Below, piece after piece: positions 13,282-25,500 of a stretch of DNA of 64,000 nucleotides. Position 1 is the stretch's first letter; every line of letters begins with the position of its first letter. The stretch spans positions 10,019 through 74,018 of the forward strand of contig NIVC01001088.1 in NCBI GenBank assembly GCA_002269645.1, in the 5' to 3' direction. Made by a program: the position numbers and the translations under genes. The notes below the pieces were generated by a model. The model was not told the origin of the DNA. It worked only from the letters and a program-made list of their open reading frames with translations, and ran no database searches. Source of the DNA: Macrostomum lignano. Its lineage: Eukaryota.

Positions 13282-15213
13282 ATGAAAACTCGCAGAAAGA
13301 AGCAGCACCAGACTCCAATCGAATCGTCAAGCTCTTCATCATCGGCCTCGTCAGAATCATCGGATTTAGAATCGTTCACCTGCCCAGTCTGCCTGTCGGT
13401 GATGGTGAAGCCGGTGCTGTTGCCATGCCAACACGAGCTGTGTCTGGGCTGCCTGATGCAGGCCTGCTCAGGCGACTGGTGCAGCCTGGCCTGCCCCCTG
13501 TGCCGCCGCCGGCTGTCCGTGTGGATGCGCCGAGCTCGCAATCCGGAGCTGCTGGTCAACCAGGACAAATGGCGGCGCATTCAACAGCTGCACCCGCGGC
13601 TAGTTGAAGTTGTCGAGGCTGGCGGCAGCGCCGACAACGGGGCCGAGCGGCGTCAGCTGGCGCAGCCGGGCGAGCTGCAAGCTGAGTGGCAAGCCGCGGT
13701 GGACGCCTTGACTGCCGAGCGTCGGGCACAGCAGGCGACCGAGGAGGCGGCTTCGTTGGCGCTGATTCGCCGACTGCGCCTGGCCGAAGCTACGGCGACA
13801 GCGATGTCACCGGCGGAGCAGAGCATGGCTGAGGATATCGCTCTGGCTGACGGTGAGTGCTGTGGTGGCCTCTGAAAAATCGCCACTTCTTTGAAAAGAT
13901 TGCTCTAATCTATCACCATGAGAATTACTTTGTAAAAAATTCCCCTCCGTTAAAAACACCTCAAAATTCTCTTTTAAAAAACCGCCTTTAAAAATCGCCT
14001 CTAAAGAACCCCCCCCCCCCTAATTAAAACTCCTTTCTAAAAAATCGGCCATTAAAAATCGTCTCCTAATGAATCTCCACATAAAAAATCTCCCCCCCTA
14101 AAGAATCTCCGCAATTAAAAATCGCCCCCTAAAGAATCTTCACATTAAAAATCGCCCATAAAAATCTTCACATTAAAAATCTCCCCCTAAAAATCTCCGC
14201 AATTAAAAATTCCCGCCTTTAAGAATCTCCCCATTAAAAATCGTCTTTAAAGAATCCCAATTAAAATCGTCCCCTAAAGAATCGCCCAAATAAATTTCAC
14301 CACTAAAAATCTCCCAATTAAAAATCGCCCCCTAAAAATCTCCCAATTAAAAATCGCCCCCTAAAAATCTCCCCATTAAAACTCGCCCCCTAAAATAACC
14401 CCATTAAAAATCGCCCCTTAAGAACCCCCGCATTAAAAATCGCCCCTTAAGAACCCCCGCATTAAAAATCGCCCCTTAAGAACCCCCGCATTAAAAATCG
14501 CCCCTAAAGAATCGCCCCGAAAAGAATCGCCCTTAAAATCGCCCTTGAAAAATCGTCCCTAAAGAATCGCTCTATTAAAAATCACACCCCTCCCAGCGGC
14601 GATCCCAGACGAGCCCCAGTCCGAGCCAGGCTACCCGCTCGCCGCTCCGCCAATTCGCCGTCACGACTCCGACGAGTCTTCGGCAATTGTCGACAATCGT
14701 TGTCGCCTGTTCTCCGCCACCGCCGCCGCCTACCTGCGCTGCGACTCGGTTGACAGCATCGGGCCGGAGCTCAATCAGCATTTCCGGCCAATTCAAGCGA
14801 TGCCGCTGACGCCAACTAAGCCGGCGAATTCTACGCCGGCATCCACAGCGTCAGGATCGGCGGCTACGCCAGGCTCCGTCAGGAAAGTCGTGCACCGCCC
14901 GAAGGCTACTAAACGCCAGAGTCGCAGAGCTGCCGCGGCCGCTGCCGCCGCCGCTTTGATATCTGGCGGCGGCCGGCCTCGACGGCTGCTCCGGTCGGCC
15001 AGCGTTCAAGAAACCGCCTCGACATCGTCGACAACTTCAACGAAACCGTCGTCTCGTTGTCTGCGCAGCCAGATGTCTGTAGTGGTGGAATCGCCGGCCG
15101 CTACTGCTGGCTTAGAAGAGAGCCTGCTAGTTGAAGCCGAGAGCTGCTCTGCGGGTAGCGGCGGCTACAGCTTGCGAAAGCTTCATCAACAACAACAGAC
15201 AAAGTTTGAGTAA
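13282..15213 (+). CDS. RNF168: RNF168/RNF169-family RING E3 ubiquitin ligase. Exons 13282-13852 and 14597-15213 (3' end may splice on at 15209)
   Basis: C3HC4 RING CPVC..PCQHELCLGC..CPLCRRRLS, then LVNQDKWRRIQQ, QPGELQAEW and a UMI-like AERRAQQATEEAASLALIRRL, as in RNF168. Donor G|gtgagt at 13852 and acceptor tcccag| at 14596 are phase-compatible and give an open frame through DSVDSIGPELNQHFRPI into ORF 14800-15213. Confidence 0.78.
13940..14575. repeat. Degenerate AT/C-rich tandem repeat (ATTAAAAATCGCCCC-TAAAGAATC-like) in the RNF168-like intron
   Basis: Variable units of about 25-30 bp. Confidence 0.85.
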
Positions 15214-15319
15214 GGCTTAAATACTGCAAGTGTCCTATTCTTTCTCATTTACCCTGTCTGCAATATTTGTCTTGTGAATTACGGTTATAAATTATCTTTT
15301 AATTTTTCCACCTTACTGT

Positions 15320-15860
15320 CCTTACCCTCTTCCCTCTTAACCCTCTTCCCTCTTTACCCTCTTCCCTCCTTACCCTCTTCCCTCTTTACCCTCTTCCCTC
15401 CTTACCCTCTTCCCTCTTTACCATCTTCCCTCTTTACCATCTTCCCTCTTTACCCTCTTCCCTCTTTACCCTCTTCCCTCTTTACCATCTTCCCTCTTTA
15501 CCCTCTTCCCTCTTTACCCTCTTCCCTCTTTACCCTCTTCCCCCTTTACCCTCTTCCCTATTTACCCTCTTTACCCTCTTTACCCTCTTCCCTCCTTACC
15601 CTCTTCCCTCTTTACCCTCTTCCCTCCTTACCCTCTTCCCTCTTTACCCTCTTCCCTCTTTACCCTTTCCCCCCTTTACCCTCTTCCCTCTTTACCCTCT
15701 TTACCCTCTTTACCCTCTTTACCCTCTTCCCTCTTTACCTTCTTCCCTATTTACCCTCTTCCCTCTTTACCCTCTTCCCCTTCTTTACCGTATTCCCCCT
15801 CGTCTCTCCCCTCTGCCCTCTTCCTTCTTTACCCTCTTCCCCTCTTTGCCCTCTTCCCTT
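15320..15860. repeat. About 16-bp polypyrimidine repeat CCCTCTTCCCTCTTTA
   Basis: Visible directly. Confidence 0.93.
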
Positions 15861-16769
15861 TCTTTAATCACCCACATTTCTATCCTCTTCTGGTCTCTCA
15901 TTTTGTATTTTAAAAGTTCTCTAATAATTTCCCCTTCCACTAAGCCAACAGCAGTTAGTCTTATTTGCCAAAGGCTGCAGCACACTTCTAGTCCTCCAAA
16001 AAAAATGGCTATTGTTTTCGCTTCAACCAACATGTATTGCCGATTGTAGATATTTATTAATTGCAAAATATTTAATTTTTAATGTATTTTTTTTGTACCT
16101 GAGTATTGTATATGCTATAATTTTTATACATTTGTAACGCAATAAACAGCTTATCAATATAGTCAATATAGCTATTTAAAATTCTAATATTAATGAGCAT
16201 TTTCTAAGCTTATCAGTAGTATGTCAAGCGTGCTTTATATTTCTCTTATTTAATGAGTTTTTGAGTTTTTGTAATCTCCAGCGTTATGCTGATTTTTTCA
16301 CTTGGCCATGTATGATTTATTTAATTTACCAATGACTTAGTTGCCATGGCATCTATTATAATTTATAAAGCATTTTATTACTTAGCTCCATAGTTTAAAA
16401 GTAGATTGTTGCTTTTAATTTTGCCGTCGTGTAAACTAATTTATATATTGCTATTAGTAGTTGACTTTAAAATGTTTCTGGAACAGCTGTTTCTTTATTT
16501 AATGCTTGCTTATTTATTGATTTACTTAACTTTATTCTTTATTAATTACTTCGTAAATGATTTTGTTAGTGCTCTTTTAATTTTTTCAAGTTTTTTCTGA
16601 AATTGCCAATTACTGAAGGAGCAGCAAGGATCTCCAAATTGCCTGGCTATTGTGTAAGATTTGTTCTGGTCTCAGTTCTTTGATTTGCAAATTTGAAAAG
16701 CATTTACTTTGATATCTGGATTTTAGGGCTAAGTTGTCAGTTTTTTTCTTTTTTGAGGGTCAAGCAACT

Positions 16770-17060
16770 CCGCTTTGAGCCATGGCATCTCAGCAACTCC
16801 GCTTTGAGTCAATTGGCATCTCAGCAACTCCCCATTGAGTCAATTGGCATCTCAGCAACTCCCCATTGAGTCAATTGGCATCTCAGCAACTCCCCATTGA
16901 GTCAATTGGCATCTCAGCAACTCCCCATTCAGTCAATTGGCATCTCAGCAACTCCCCATTCAGTCAATTGGCATCTCAGCAACTCCCCATTCAGTCAATT
17001 GGCATCTCAGCAACTCCCCATTCAGTCAATTGGCATCTCAGCAACCCCCCAGAAAGCCAT
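16770..17060. repeat. 31-bp tandem repeat GAGTCAATTGGCATCTCAGCAACTCCCCATT
   Basis: About 8-9 units; ORF starts offset by 31 nt confirm the period. Confidence 0.93.
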
Positions 17061-17285
17061 GGCATCTCATACTTTATTCTATTGAAAAGTTAAGATTTAG
17101 GCTTGTTAGCAAGGGAGTAAAATCTCGATTTTTTCTTTGATGAAGACATTTATTGTAAATCCTAAATTATTGATTTGTTTCAATTATACAATTTCAGCCA
17201 GATCAAAAGACCTCTCCACTATCAGAGACAGGAGTGTGCCAGACCTATCAAAGAAACTCACCGCTGTTAAGTTGGCTGCCTCTTA

Positions 17286-18113
17286 ATGGACCAGCAGCAG
17301 CAGCAGCAGCAGCAGCAAGACTCTTCTGTTGTGTCAGATGGCGCCTCAGCCACCAGTCCGCAGCAGCCGCCAGTTACGGTGAAATGCGTGGCAGTTGGAG
17401 ATTCCTGCGTAGGCAAAACAGCCAGCCTAATCAGCTACACAACTAACGGCTTCCCCAATGCCTATACGCCAACCACATATGACACTTATTCTATTGATGT
17501 TCGCGTTGATCACCGCTGGTGCCGGGTGGCTCTGTGCGACACTCCCGGCTTGGACCATTTCGAGCAGATCCGCCCCTTAGCCTACCCGGACGCGCACGTG
17601 TTTCTGTTGTGCTTCGCAGTCGCCCAGCCGGAGTCGCTGGAGTCCTTGAAAGCCAAGTGGCTGCCGGAGCTGAATGAGCATGCTCCGGCGCACGCCGCTC
17701 GGCTGCTTATTGGTTTGAAATCCGATCAACGCGACGACGCGTCGATATTGTTAGACTTGTCGTTGAAGAATTCTGCACCGGTTAGTAAAGAGGAGGCCGA
17801 GAAGGCCTGCAGACAGCTTGGCGCACTGGAGTACATCGAGTGCAGCGCGCTGACTCAGAAATGTCTCAAAGAAGTGTTCGACACGGCCATCTGGGCCGGT
17901 TCGAGTGTTCAAGAAGCCCTGGCTACTGGGGCGGCGGCGTCCGGCAAGTCTGGCAAGTCGCGAGGCAAGAAATCCAAAAGCTCAAAGGTGAGCGACCAGA
18001 GCGGCTGCAAGTTGATGGCTAAAAGAGGCGCGGATGGCGCCAGGCAGCAGCAGCAGAAATCTTCCGGCTTGTTGCAACGACTTTTCTGCGTGGCCGATCA
18101 CTCCGCGAACTGA
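17286..18113 (+). CDS. Atypical Rho-family GTPase, RhoU/RhoV (Wrch/Chp)-like, 275 aa, single coding exon
   Basis: KCVAVGDSCVGKT, SYTTNGFP, YTPTTYD, LCDTPGLD, RPLAYPD..VFLLCF, KWLPE, Rho insert, YIECSALTQKCLKEVFDTAI. The SYTTNG, LCDT, SALTQK and FDxAI features, the N-terminal extension and the FCV-type non-CAAX end point to RhoU/V. Confidence 0.88.
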   Translation: MDQQQQQQQQQDSSVVSDGASATSPQQPPVTVKCVAVGDSCVGKTASLISYTTNGFPNAYTPTTYDTYSIDVRVDHRWCRVALCDTPGLDHFEQIRPLAYPDAHVFLLCFAVAQPESLESLKAKWLPELNEHAPAHAARLLIGLKSDQRDDASILLDLSLKNSAPVSKEEAEKACRQLGALEYIECSALTQKCLKEVFDTAIWAGSSVQEALATGAAASGKSGKSRGKKSKSSKVSDQSGCKLMAKRGADGARQQQQKSSGLLQRLFCVADHSAN

Positions 18114-18499
18114 GCGAATTAATAAATCAATTATCGATTTTTATTGCTTATCTATTTTCATTAATTAATAATAATTTATTTCTCTTCTAATTCTATTGTG
18201 CATTGTTTTTAACCTGGGTAAAAACTTGCTTTTTAAGGTTTTTTTAGCACCTGCCTTGTTGCAGAGTAACATGTAGAATGTAAAGTATTGTGTGTACTCT
18301 GAATTTTTCTCCTGCTATACATTTACGAGTCCAGAGATTTTTATTTTCTGTCTGCCTGGATCGTTAAATAATCAAATATTATTTGATTATTCCCCACATG
18401 TTGATATAATGGGCCTCGTTCTTCTTATATTAATTTTGAAGGAGTTATGAAACTTGTTGGTCAGTAAGTTACTCTTATTGCCCTTTTCCACTTTTACCC

Positions 18500-19165
18500 A
18501 TTTCCTCTTTCTCCTCTCCCGCCTTTCCCCCTCTTTCTCCTCTCCCCTCTCTTCCCCTCTCCCCTCTCCCCTCTTTTCCCCTCTCCCCCTTTCCCCTCTC
18601 CCCTCTTTCCCCCTCTTTCCCCTCTTTCCCCTCTTTTCCACTCTCCCCTCTTTTCCCTCCCCCTCTTCCCCTCTTTCCGCTCTTCCCCTCTGTCCCCTCT
18701 TCCCCCTTTTCCCCTCTTCCCCTCTTCCTCTTTTCCCCTCTTCCCCTCTTCCCCCTTTTCCCCTCTTCCCCTCTTCCCCCTTTTCCCCTCTTCCCCTCTT
18801 CCTCTTTTCCCCTCTTCCCCTCTTCCCCCTTTTCCCCTCTTCCCCTCTTCCCCCTTTTCCCCTCTTCCCCTCTAACCCTTTTTCCCCTTTTCCCCTCTAA
18901 CCCCTTTTCCCCTCTTCCCCTCTTCCCCCTTTTACCCTCTTTCCGCTCTTCCCCTCTGTCCCCTCTTCCCCCCTCTTCCCCTCTTCCCCCTTTTTCCCCG
19001 CTTTCCGCTTTTCCCCTCTGTCCCCTCTTTCCCCTTTTCCCCTCTTCCCCTCTTCCCCCTTTTCCCCTCTTTCCGCTCTTCCCCCTTTTCCCCTCTTCCC
19101 CTCTTCCCCCTTTTCCCCTCTTTCCACTCTTCCCCTCTGTCCCCTCTTTCCCCTCTTTTCGTCCT
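18500..19165. repeat. C/T low-complexity repeat (CCCCTCTT/TTCCCC); G-tract rich on the minus strand
   Basis: Visible directly. Confidence 0.92.
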
Positions 19166-19964
19166 TTCCTTTTTCCCTTGATCTTTTTTATTTTCAAAGG
19201 AATTCCTTTCTTCTCTCGTGGCTATTAAAATGATCAATTTTTATTATTGACTTTTTAAAATAAAATCGATTTGTTTAGTATCTCTTGATCATAAAACACT
19301 CAGTGATGCAATAATATAGCCCAACTTCGCGTGCTTGCATGTAAACGGAAGATGATTTGTAGCGTGTTAAAATTTTTGACCTATCAAGTATATTTTATCA
19401 TGTTTTATCGTATTGAGATGCATACATTTGTGTAAGTATTATTGTACGAGTAACAATATGCTTGTCAATGAGCTCAGTTTCACAATAAAATGTATTAATA
19501 ATGATTTAACAGTATATAAAGTTCTATAACGGAAATTGTCTTGAAAAGTGCATTGCTAATGTTCTTTTCGTAAACCCAGCCATCGTTAAAAACTTAAATA
19601 CATCGATATCCTATGCGTCAGAAATAAATTAATAAACAAACACCTACACATATTGTTTATTAGACAATTTTGTGATAATTCGAGTGTATTAATACAGTTG
19701 GTTTCCTGAACTTTTTTAGCTAATAGTTTGTAACTTTAATTAGTAAGTTTTATTATCTAAAAGTTTTGTTACTTCAGTTTTATTGCATGTTTTAATCTAT
19801 GTTATATCCACTGTGCTCACAGCTGCTCCGTGTGCTGCAAATATTACAATATAACGACTTGTATTCGTTACAATTCTCTCTAATAATACTACTGACGCCT
19901 TTCACTCAGTAGTATGATTAATAACCCACTACATTTTTGGGGAGTACAGCGAGCGGCAATATTG

Positions 19965-20010
19965 TGTCTGTCGGTCTGTCTGTCTGTCTGTCTGTCTCTG
20001 TCTGTCTGTC

Positions 20011-20097
<87 letters not shown>

Positions 20098-20156
20098 GAC
20101 TGTGTGTCTGTCTGTGTGTCTGTCTGTCTGTCTGTCTGCCTGTCTGTCTGTCTGAC

Positions 20157-20217
<61 letters not shown>

Positions 20218-20250
20218 GACTGTCTGCCTGTCTGTCTGTCTGCCTGCCTA

Positions 20251-20283
<33 letters not shown>

Positions 20284-20297
20284 GACTGTCTGTCTGC

Positions 20298-20331
<34 letters not shown>

Positions 20332-20410
20332 GTCTGTCTGTCTTTCTGTTTATCTGTCTGTCTCTCTGCCTGCCTATGTCTGTCTGTCTTAGTGTCTGTT
20401 TGTTTTTCTG
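19965..20410. repeat. (TGTC)n microsatellite
   Basis: Visible directly. Confidence 0.96.
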
Positions 20411-20904
20411 TCTGTGTGTGTGTATGTTTCGTTGATCTTCCGAAAGAACCCCAGTTGATTCAGTTGAATGTTTATTTCATCTACTATTCTCAACAGTTTT
20501 GGCTTACCAGCCGTATTCACATAGTAAAAAGATCTCCCCGAAAAATGCAGAGAAGGCATGCAGTGTTTATATATCAAATAGTATTTTATATTACATTCTG
20601 CAATTTGCGTCTAATTCCATGCAAACCTGATGCTGTTAAGCTACTGTAAGTAGTAACAAAACCAGTTTTTTTAAATGATTTTTTGTAAAACGAAATTGAA
20701 TGCATGATTTTGCTTGTTTGTTTTTCAACTACCAATCTGTTTATTTATTTAATGTATATCATAAATAAAAGCTTGTTTCAGAATTTACCGCCACTATATG
20801 TTGGCTTTTGCCTGGTGTAGCTTAATTTTAACCTGACTTCTTCACGCTCAAGAACTTAATCAAGTTTTTTATTTACTTGTCTTTTCATTGAAATTACATT
20901 TCCA

Positions 20905-21540
20905 GATCTCAGTTGCTGGGTCACCAGCTGCCCAGATCCTCAGTTGCTGGGCCAGCCTCCCAGATCCTCAGTTGCTGGGCCAGCCTCCCAGATCCTCAGT
21001 TGCTGGGCCAGCCTCCCAGATCCTCAGTTGCTGGGCCAGCCTCCCAGATCTTCAGTTGCTGGGCCAGCCTCCCAGATCCTCAGTTGCTGGGCCACCAGCC
21101 TCTCAGATCCTCAGTTGCTGGGCCAGCCTCCCAGATCCTCAGTTGCTGGGCCAGCCTCCCAGATCCTCAGTTGCTGGGCCACCAACCTCTCAGATTCTCA
21201 GTTGCTGGGCCAGCCTCCCAGATCCTCAGTTGCTGGGCCACCAGCCTCTCAGATCCTCAGTTGCTGGGCCAGCCTCCAGATCCTCAGTTGCTGGGCCAGC
21301 CTCCCATATCCTCAGTTGCTGGGCCAGCCTCCCAGATCCTCAGTTGCTGGGCCAGCCTCCCAGATCCTCAGTTGCTGGGCCACCAACCTCTCAGATCCTC
21401 AGTTGCTGGGCCACCAACCTCTCAGATCCTCAGTTGCTGAGCCAGCCTCCCAGATCCTCAGTTGCTGGGCCATCAGCCTCCCAGATCCTCAGTTGCTGGG
21501 CCATCAGCCTCCCAGATCCTCAGTTTCTGGGCCACCAGCC
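20905..21540. repeat. 28/31-bp minisatellite CAGATCCTCAGTTGCTGGGCCAGCCTCC
   Basis: About 22 units. Confidence 0.95.
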
Positions 21541-22537
21541 TCCCTCTTAGCAGGCCAGAGCTCAGATAAAGAATTTGACGCGGAATTCCTTTTGGCACAC
21601 AGCACAGTCGGAGCAGGTGAACCCAGCTCCAAATCTCTCTTATCTCTGTACTCGTACTTTATTCATCTGGAATAGCGAAATGAGCCGAGCCAGGAAGCCA
21701 TATAAATTAATTAGTATTGATTGCTTAGCTGAATAAGGCCACGGCTTTGGGAGAAGGGAGAAGGGCGGATCAGGGTTTGTTGGGGGCCGATGGGGGTCTG
21801 ATTGTAGCATCTGCAGAGACTAGTTGTTGTCCGCCCAGCAACTGCAGCCAGTATTTCATAGTTGGGAGTCTCAAATTCCCTGTCTCTCTCTCCACGCTAT
21901 GCTCTAGCTTTGGGGGGGGGTGTACTCACTCACTCGCTCGCATGTACTCTTCTCAGTCTCTGCCTTCCTCTCTGCCGGCAAATTTTATGCTGGCTATTTA
22001 ATATCAAATATAATCTATAGCTGGGATCTGTGTATTAGATATCTATAGCTGTAGCCGGGGTATAATTCAGCATCATCATATCTAAGACTCCGATTGGCTA
22101 GTTGCTGGGGGGGGGGTTGGTTGGGGACGAACTAGGGAGAAAAAAGAGCTCGTTCTTTGCAGCATCCCTGGAGTGCCATCCCAAATTTTCTTCTCTCCCT
22201 TCTACTGTAGGGGAGTAGAAGTACACTTCCCAGCTGCTCCCATCTCTCCCCAAGCCGCTATGCAGTGCATGAGACAGGCAGGCAGACATGCTGGGATAGC
22301 TGAGCTAGGGGAAGTCTGAAAGAGCTGATGAGGGGAACAGAGGGACCAGGGGTAGAGAACAGAGGAGGAGAAAGGACTGGTGGGTACGCGGATGAAATAG
22401 GTCCAGTTTTTAAAAGCAGACTTCTCACACCCCCCCCCCTCTTATGCTGTCGACGCATTTTGGCGATCCAAGCTGTTGCTTCTAAAGGCAGAGTTTTTGG
22501 CTTCTATAGCTGCTATTGAGCTTTGACTGATTAAATA

Positions 22538-25500
22538 ATGCAGCCCTGGGCCGCCGTTGTGATCTCACTGCTCACTGTGATTGTGATTGCCCTGCTGGCC
22601 TACATCATCTTGAGGATATTTTTCCCTAACCAGCTGGAGACTCTGTTCGCTATAGGAGAGGAGCGCCTCTCCCTGACTAAATCCGACAGCCGGGCCAACT
22701 ACTATGCTGCGGTGAGCTGGGGTCTGTGTAGCTGCCTCATCTGTCCATGTGCCGATCTGTCTTCATGGCTGCGCATCTATCCACCTCATCCAGCCATCCA
22801 TCTACCCATCCACCCATCCATTCCCCCATCCACCCATCCATCCTTCCACCCACCCACCCATCCATCCATCCATCCATCCCCCACCCATCCATTCCCCCAT
22901 CCACCCATCCATCCTTCCACCCACCCACCCATCCATCCATCCATCCATCCCCCACCCATCCATCCACCCATCCATCCATCCATCCCCCATCCATCCATCC
23001 ACCCATCCATCCATCCACCCGCCCATCCATCCCCCACCCATCCACCCATCCATCCACCCGCCCATCCATCCACCCGCCCATCCATCCACCCGCCCATCCA
23101 TCCCCACCCATCCATCCACCCATCCATCCATCCACCCGCCCATCCATCCCCCACCCATCCATCCACCCATCCATCCATCCACCCGCCCATCCATCCCCCA
23201 CCCATCCATCCATCCACCCGCCCATCCATTCCCCACCCATCCATCCATCCATCCACCCGCCCATCCATCCATCCATCCATCCATCCACCCGCCCATCCAT
23301 CCCCACCCATCCATCCATCTATCCACCCGCCCATCCATCCATCCATCCATCCATCCATCCACCCGCCCATCCATCCATCCATCCATCCATCCATCCCCCA
23401 CCCATCCATTCACCCATCCATCCATCCACCCGCCCATCCATCCCCCACCCATCCATCCACCCGCCCATCCATCCCCCACCCATCCATCCACCCGCCCATC
23501 CATCCCCCACCCATCCATCCACCCATCCATTCACCCGTCCACCCATCCCCCACCCATCCACCCATCCATTCAACCACCCATCCATTCAACCATCCATCCA
23601 CCCGCCCATCCATCCCCCACCCATCCATCCATCCTCCCATCCATCCACCCGTCCATCCATCCACCCGTCCATCCATCCACCCGCCCATTCATCCCCCACC
23701 CATCCATCCATCCACCCATCCATTCACCCATCCACCCATCGATCCATCCATCCATACATGCATACGTTTAGCCGATCTACCGAACAATATTTTCATCTAA
23801 TAATCCTAATTAGCAAGTGCTATTATCCCCAGCATCCAAACTGCATCATACCGTAATCATATTTCCCAAGTGCCAATTCGAGCAGTGCAAATTCAGTGGA
23901 GTGCCGGCTTTAGCGACACTCCAGAGCCGCAGGGAGAGTGCAGAGGCAGCAACATTCACCCTCTCCCCCATCAGCTGTCACTGCTGTCAGGATGCCGTCT
24001 AGCTCTGGAGCCTCTGTAATTTGATTTCCAATCCCACTTCCCTCCCGCACTGCCTGCTACTAGAGGCCTTGCATATGAGAGAAAGTGACAGCCAGTCCCG
24101 CATGGCTGAGTGACCCTCCTGACGGCTGGCATTCAGAGTCCTTGGGGGCTGCACAACACGATGGGGCTCCTGGGCCTAGGGAGAGTTTCTGCGTGCGTGA
24201 CTCTTCGCACTTTTTTGTGTCCCTTGACAGTCAGTGCAGTGCAACAACTCATAGCTGCCGCCTTAGTTCCTGTCTCTCCTCTTCATCTGACATCTCGCTG
24301 CGAGGGTTCTACATGTATTAGTGGGGAAGGTTGGCGCCCACCTTGAAGGCGCCATTTTATTCAAGTAACGCCAGCACCGTGAGGCGCCAGCATTAGAGGC
24401 GCCAGAATTAGAGGCGCCAGCACCATGAGGCGCCAGCATTAGAGGCGCCAGCACCATGAGGCGCCAATACCATGAGGCGCCAGCATTAGAGGCGCCAGCA
24501 CCATGAGGCGCCAGCATTAGAGGCGCCAGCACCATGAGGCGCCAGCATTAGAGGCGCCAGTACCATGAGGCGCCAGCATTAGAGGCGCCAGCACCATGAG
24601 GCGCCAGCATTAGAGGCGCCAGCACCATGAGGCGCCAGCATTAGAGGCGCCAGCACCATGAGGCGACAGCATTAGAGGCGCCAGCACCATGAGGCGCCAG
24701 CACCATGAGGCGCCAGCACCATGAGGCGCCAGCACCATGAGGCGCCAGCACCATGAGGCGCCAGCATTAGAGGCGCCAGCACTATGAGGCGCCAGCATTA
24801 GAGGCGCCAGCACCATGAGGCGACAGCACCAAGAGGCGCCAGCCAGGCGCCAGCACCATGAGGCGCTATATGGATGTACTTTTGTCTTGTTTACTGTCAC
24901 CATTTCAAGGACGGGAGTCGGGACGCCGATGCTGCATATCAACATGGGTTTAGGCGGCCCCTGAACCCTCACCTGGATGCACCCCATGCGAGTAGTCTAT
25001 CCGCGACTATTTAAACTCATGCAGTGGCCATCAGTCAAGACCTATAGGTGATGGTGTCTGACAGGTTGGCTATAGCCCTTGTCAGTCAAATGGAGGAAAA
25101 TCTTGATTCCAGAGCTATGTATAATTTTACTGAGAATAGACTGTGATTACGACGAACTTTGCTGAGTGACTAATAATTATCAGCGCTTTGGATTTTTCAG
25201 CATGTCATACATATGGAGACAGTATAGTAAATGTATAGTCGATATAGTATTAACTTTCAATATTTTTTTTCAATCTAGAGTTATAAAATGACCAGATTTT
25301 CAGACTAGAGTCATAAAATGACCAGATTTTCCATCTAGAGTGATAGATGGACCAGATTTTCAATAAAGAGTCATAAAATGACCAGATTTTCCATCTAGAG
25401 TGATAGATGGACCAGATTTTCAATAAAGAGTCATAAAATGACCAGATTTTCCATCTAGAGTCATAGATAGACCAGAGCTTCAATCTAGAGTCATAAAATG

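Noticed and set aside
5910-15213. Adjacent DNA-repair genes (GTF2H4, RNF168-like) as a functional cluster
   Set aside because: Different pathways; two neighbours are explained by chance without synteny data.
16610-16712. Possible third RNF168-like exon (SSKDLQIAWLLCK, MIU-like) using the donor at 15209
   Set aside because: Weak AAG acceptor, AT-rich composition and poor motif match; needs cDNA.
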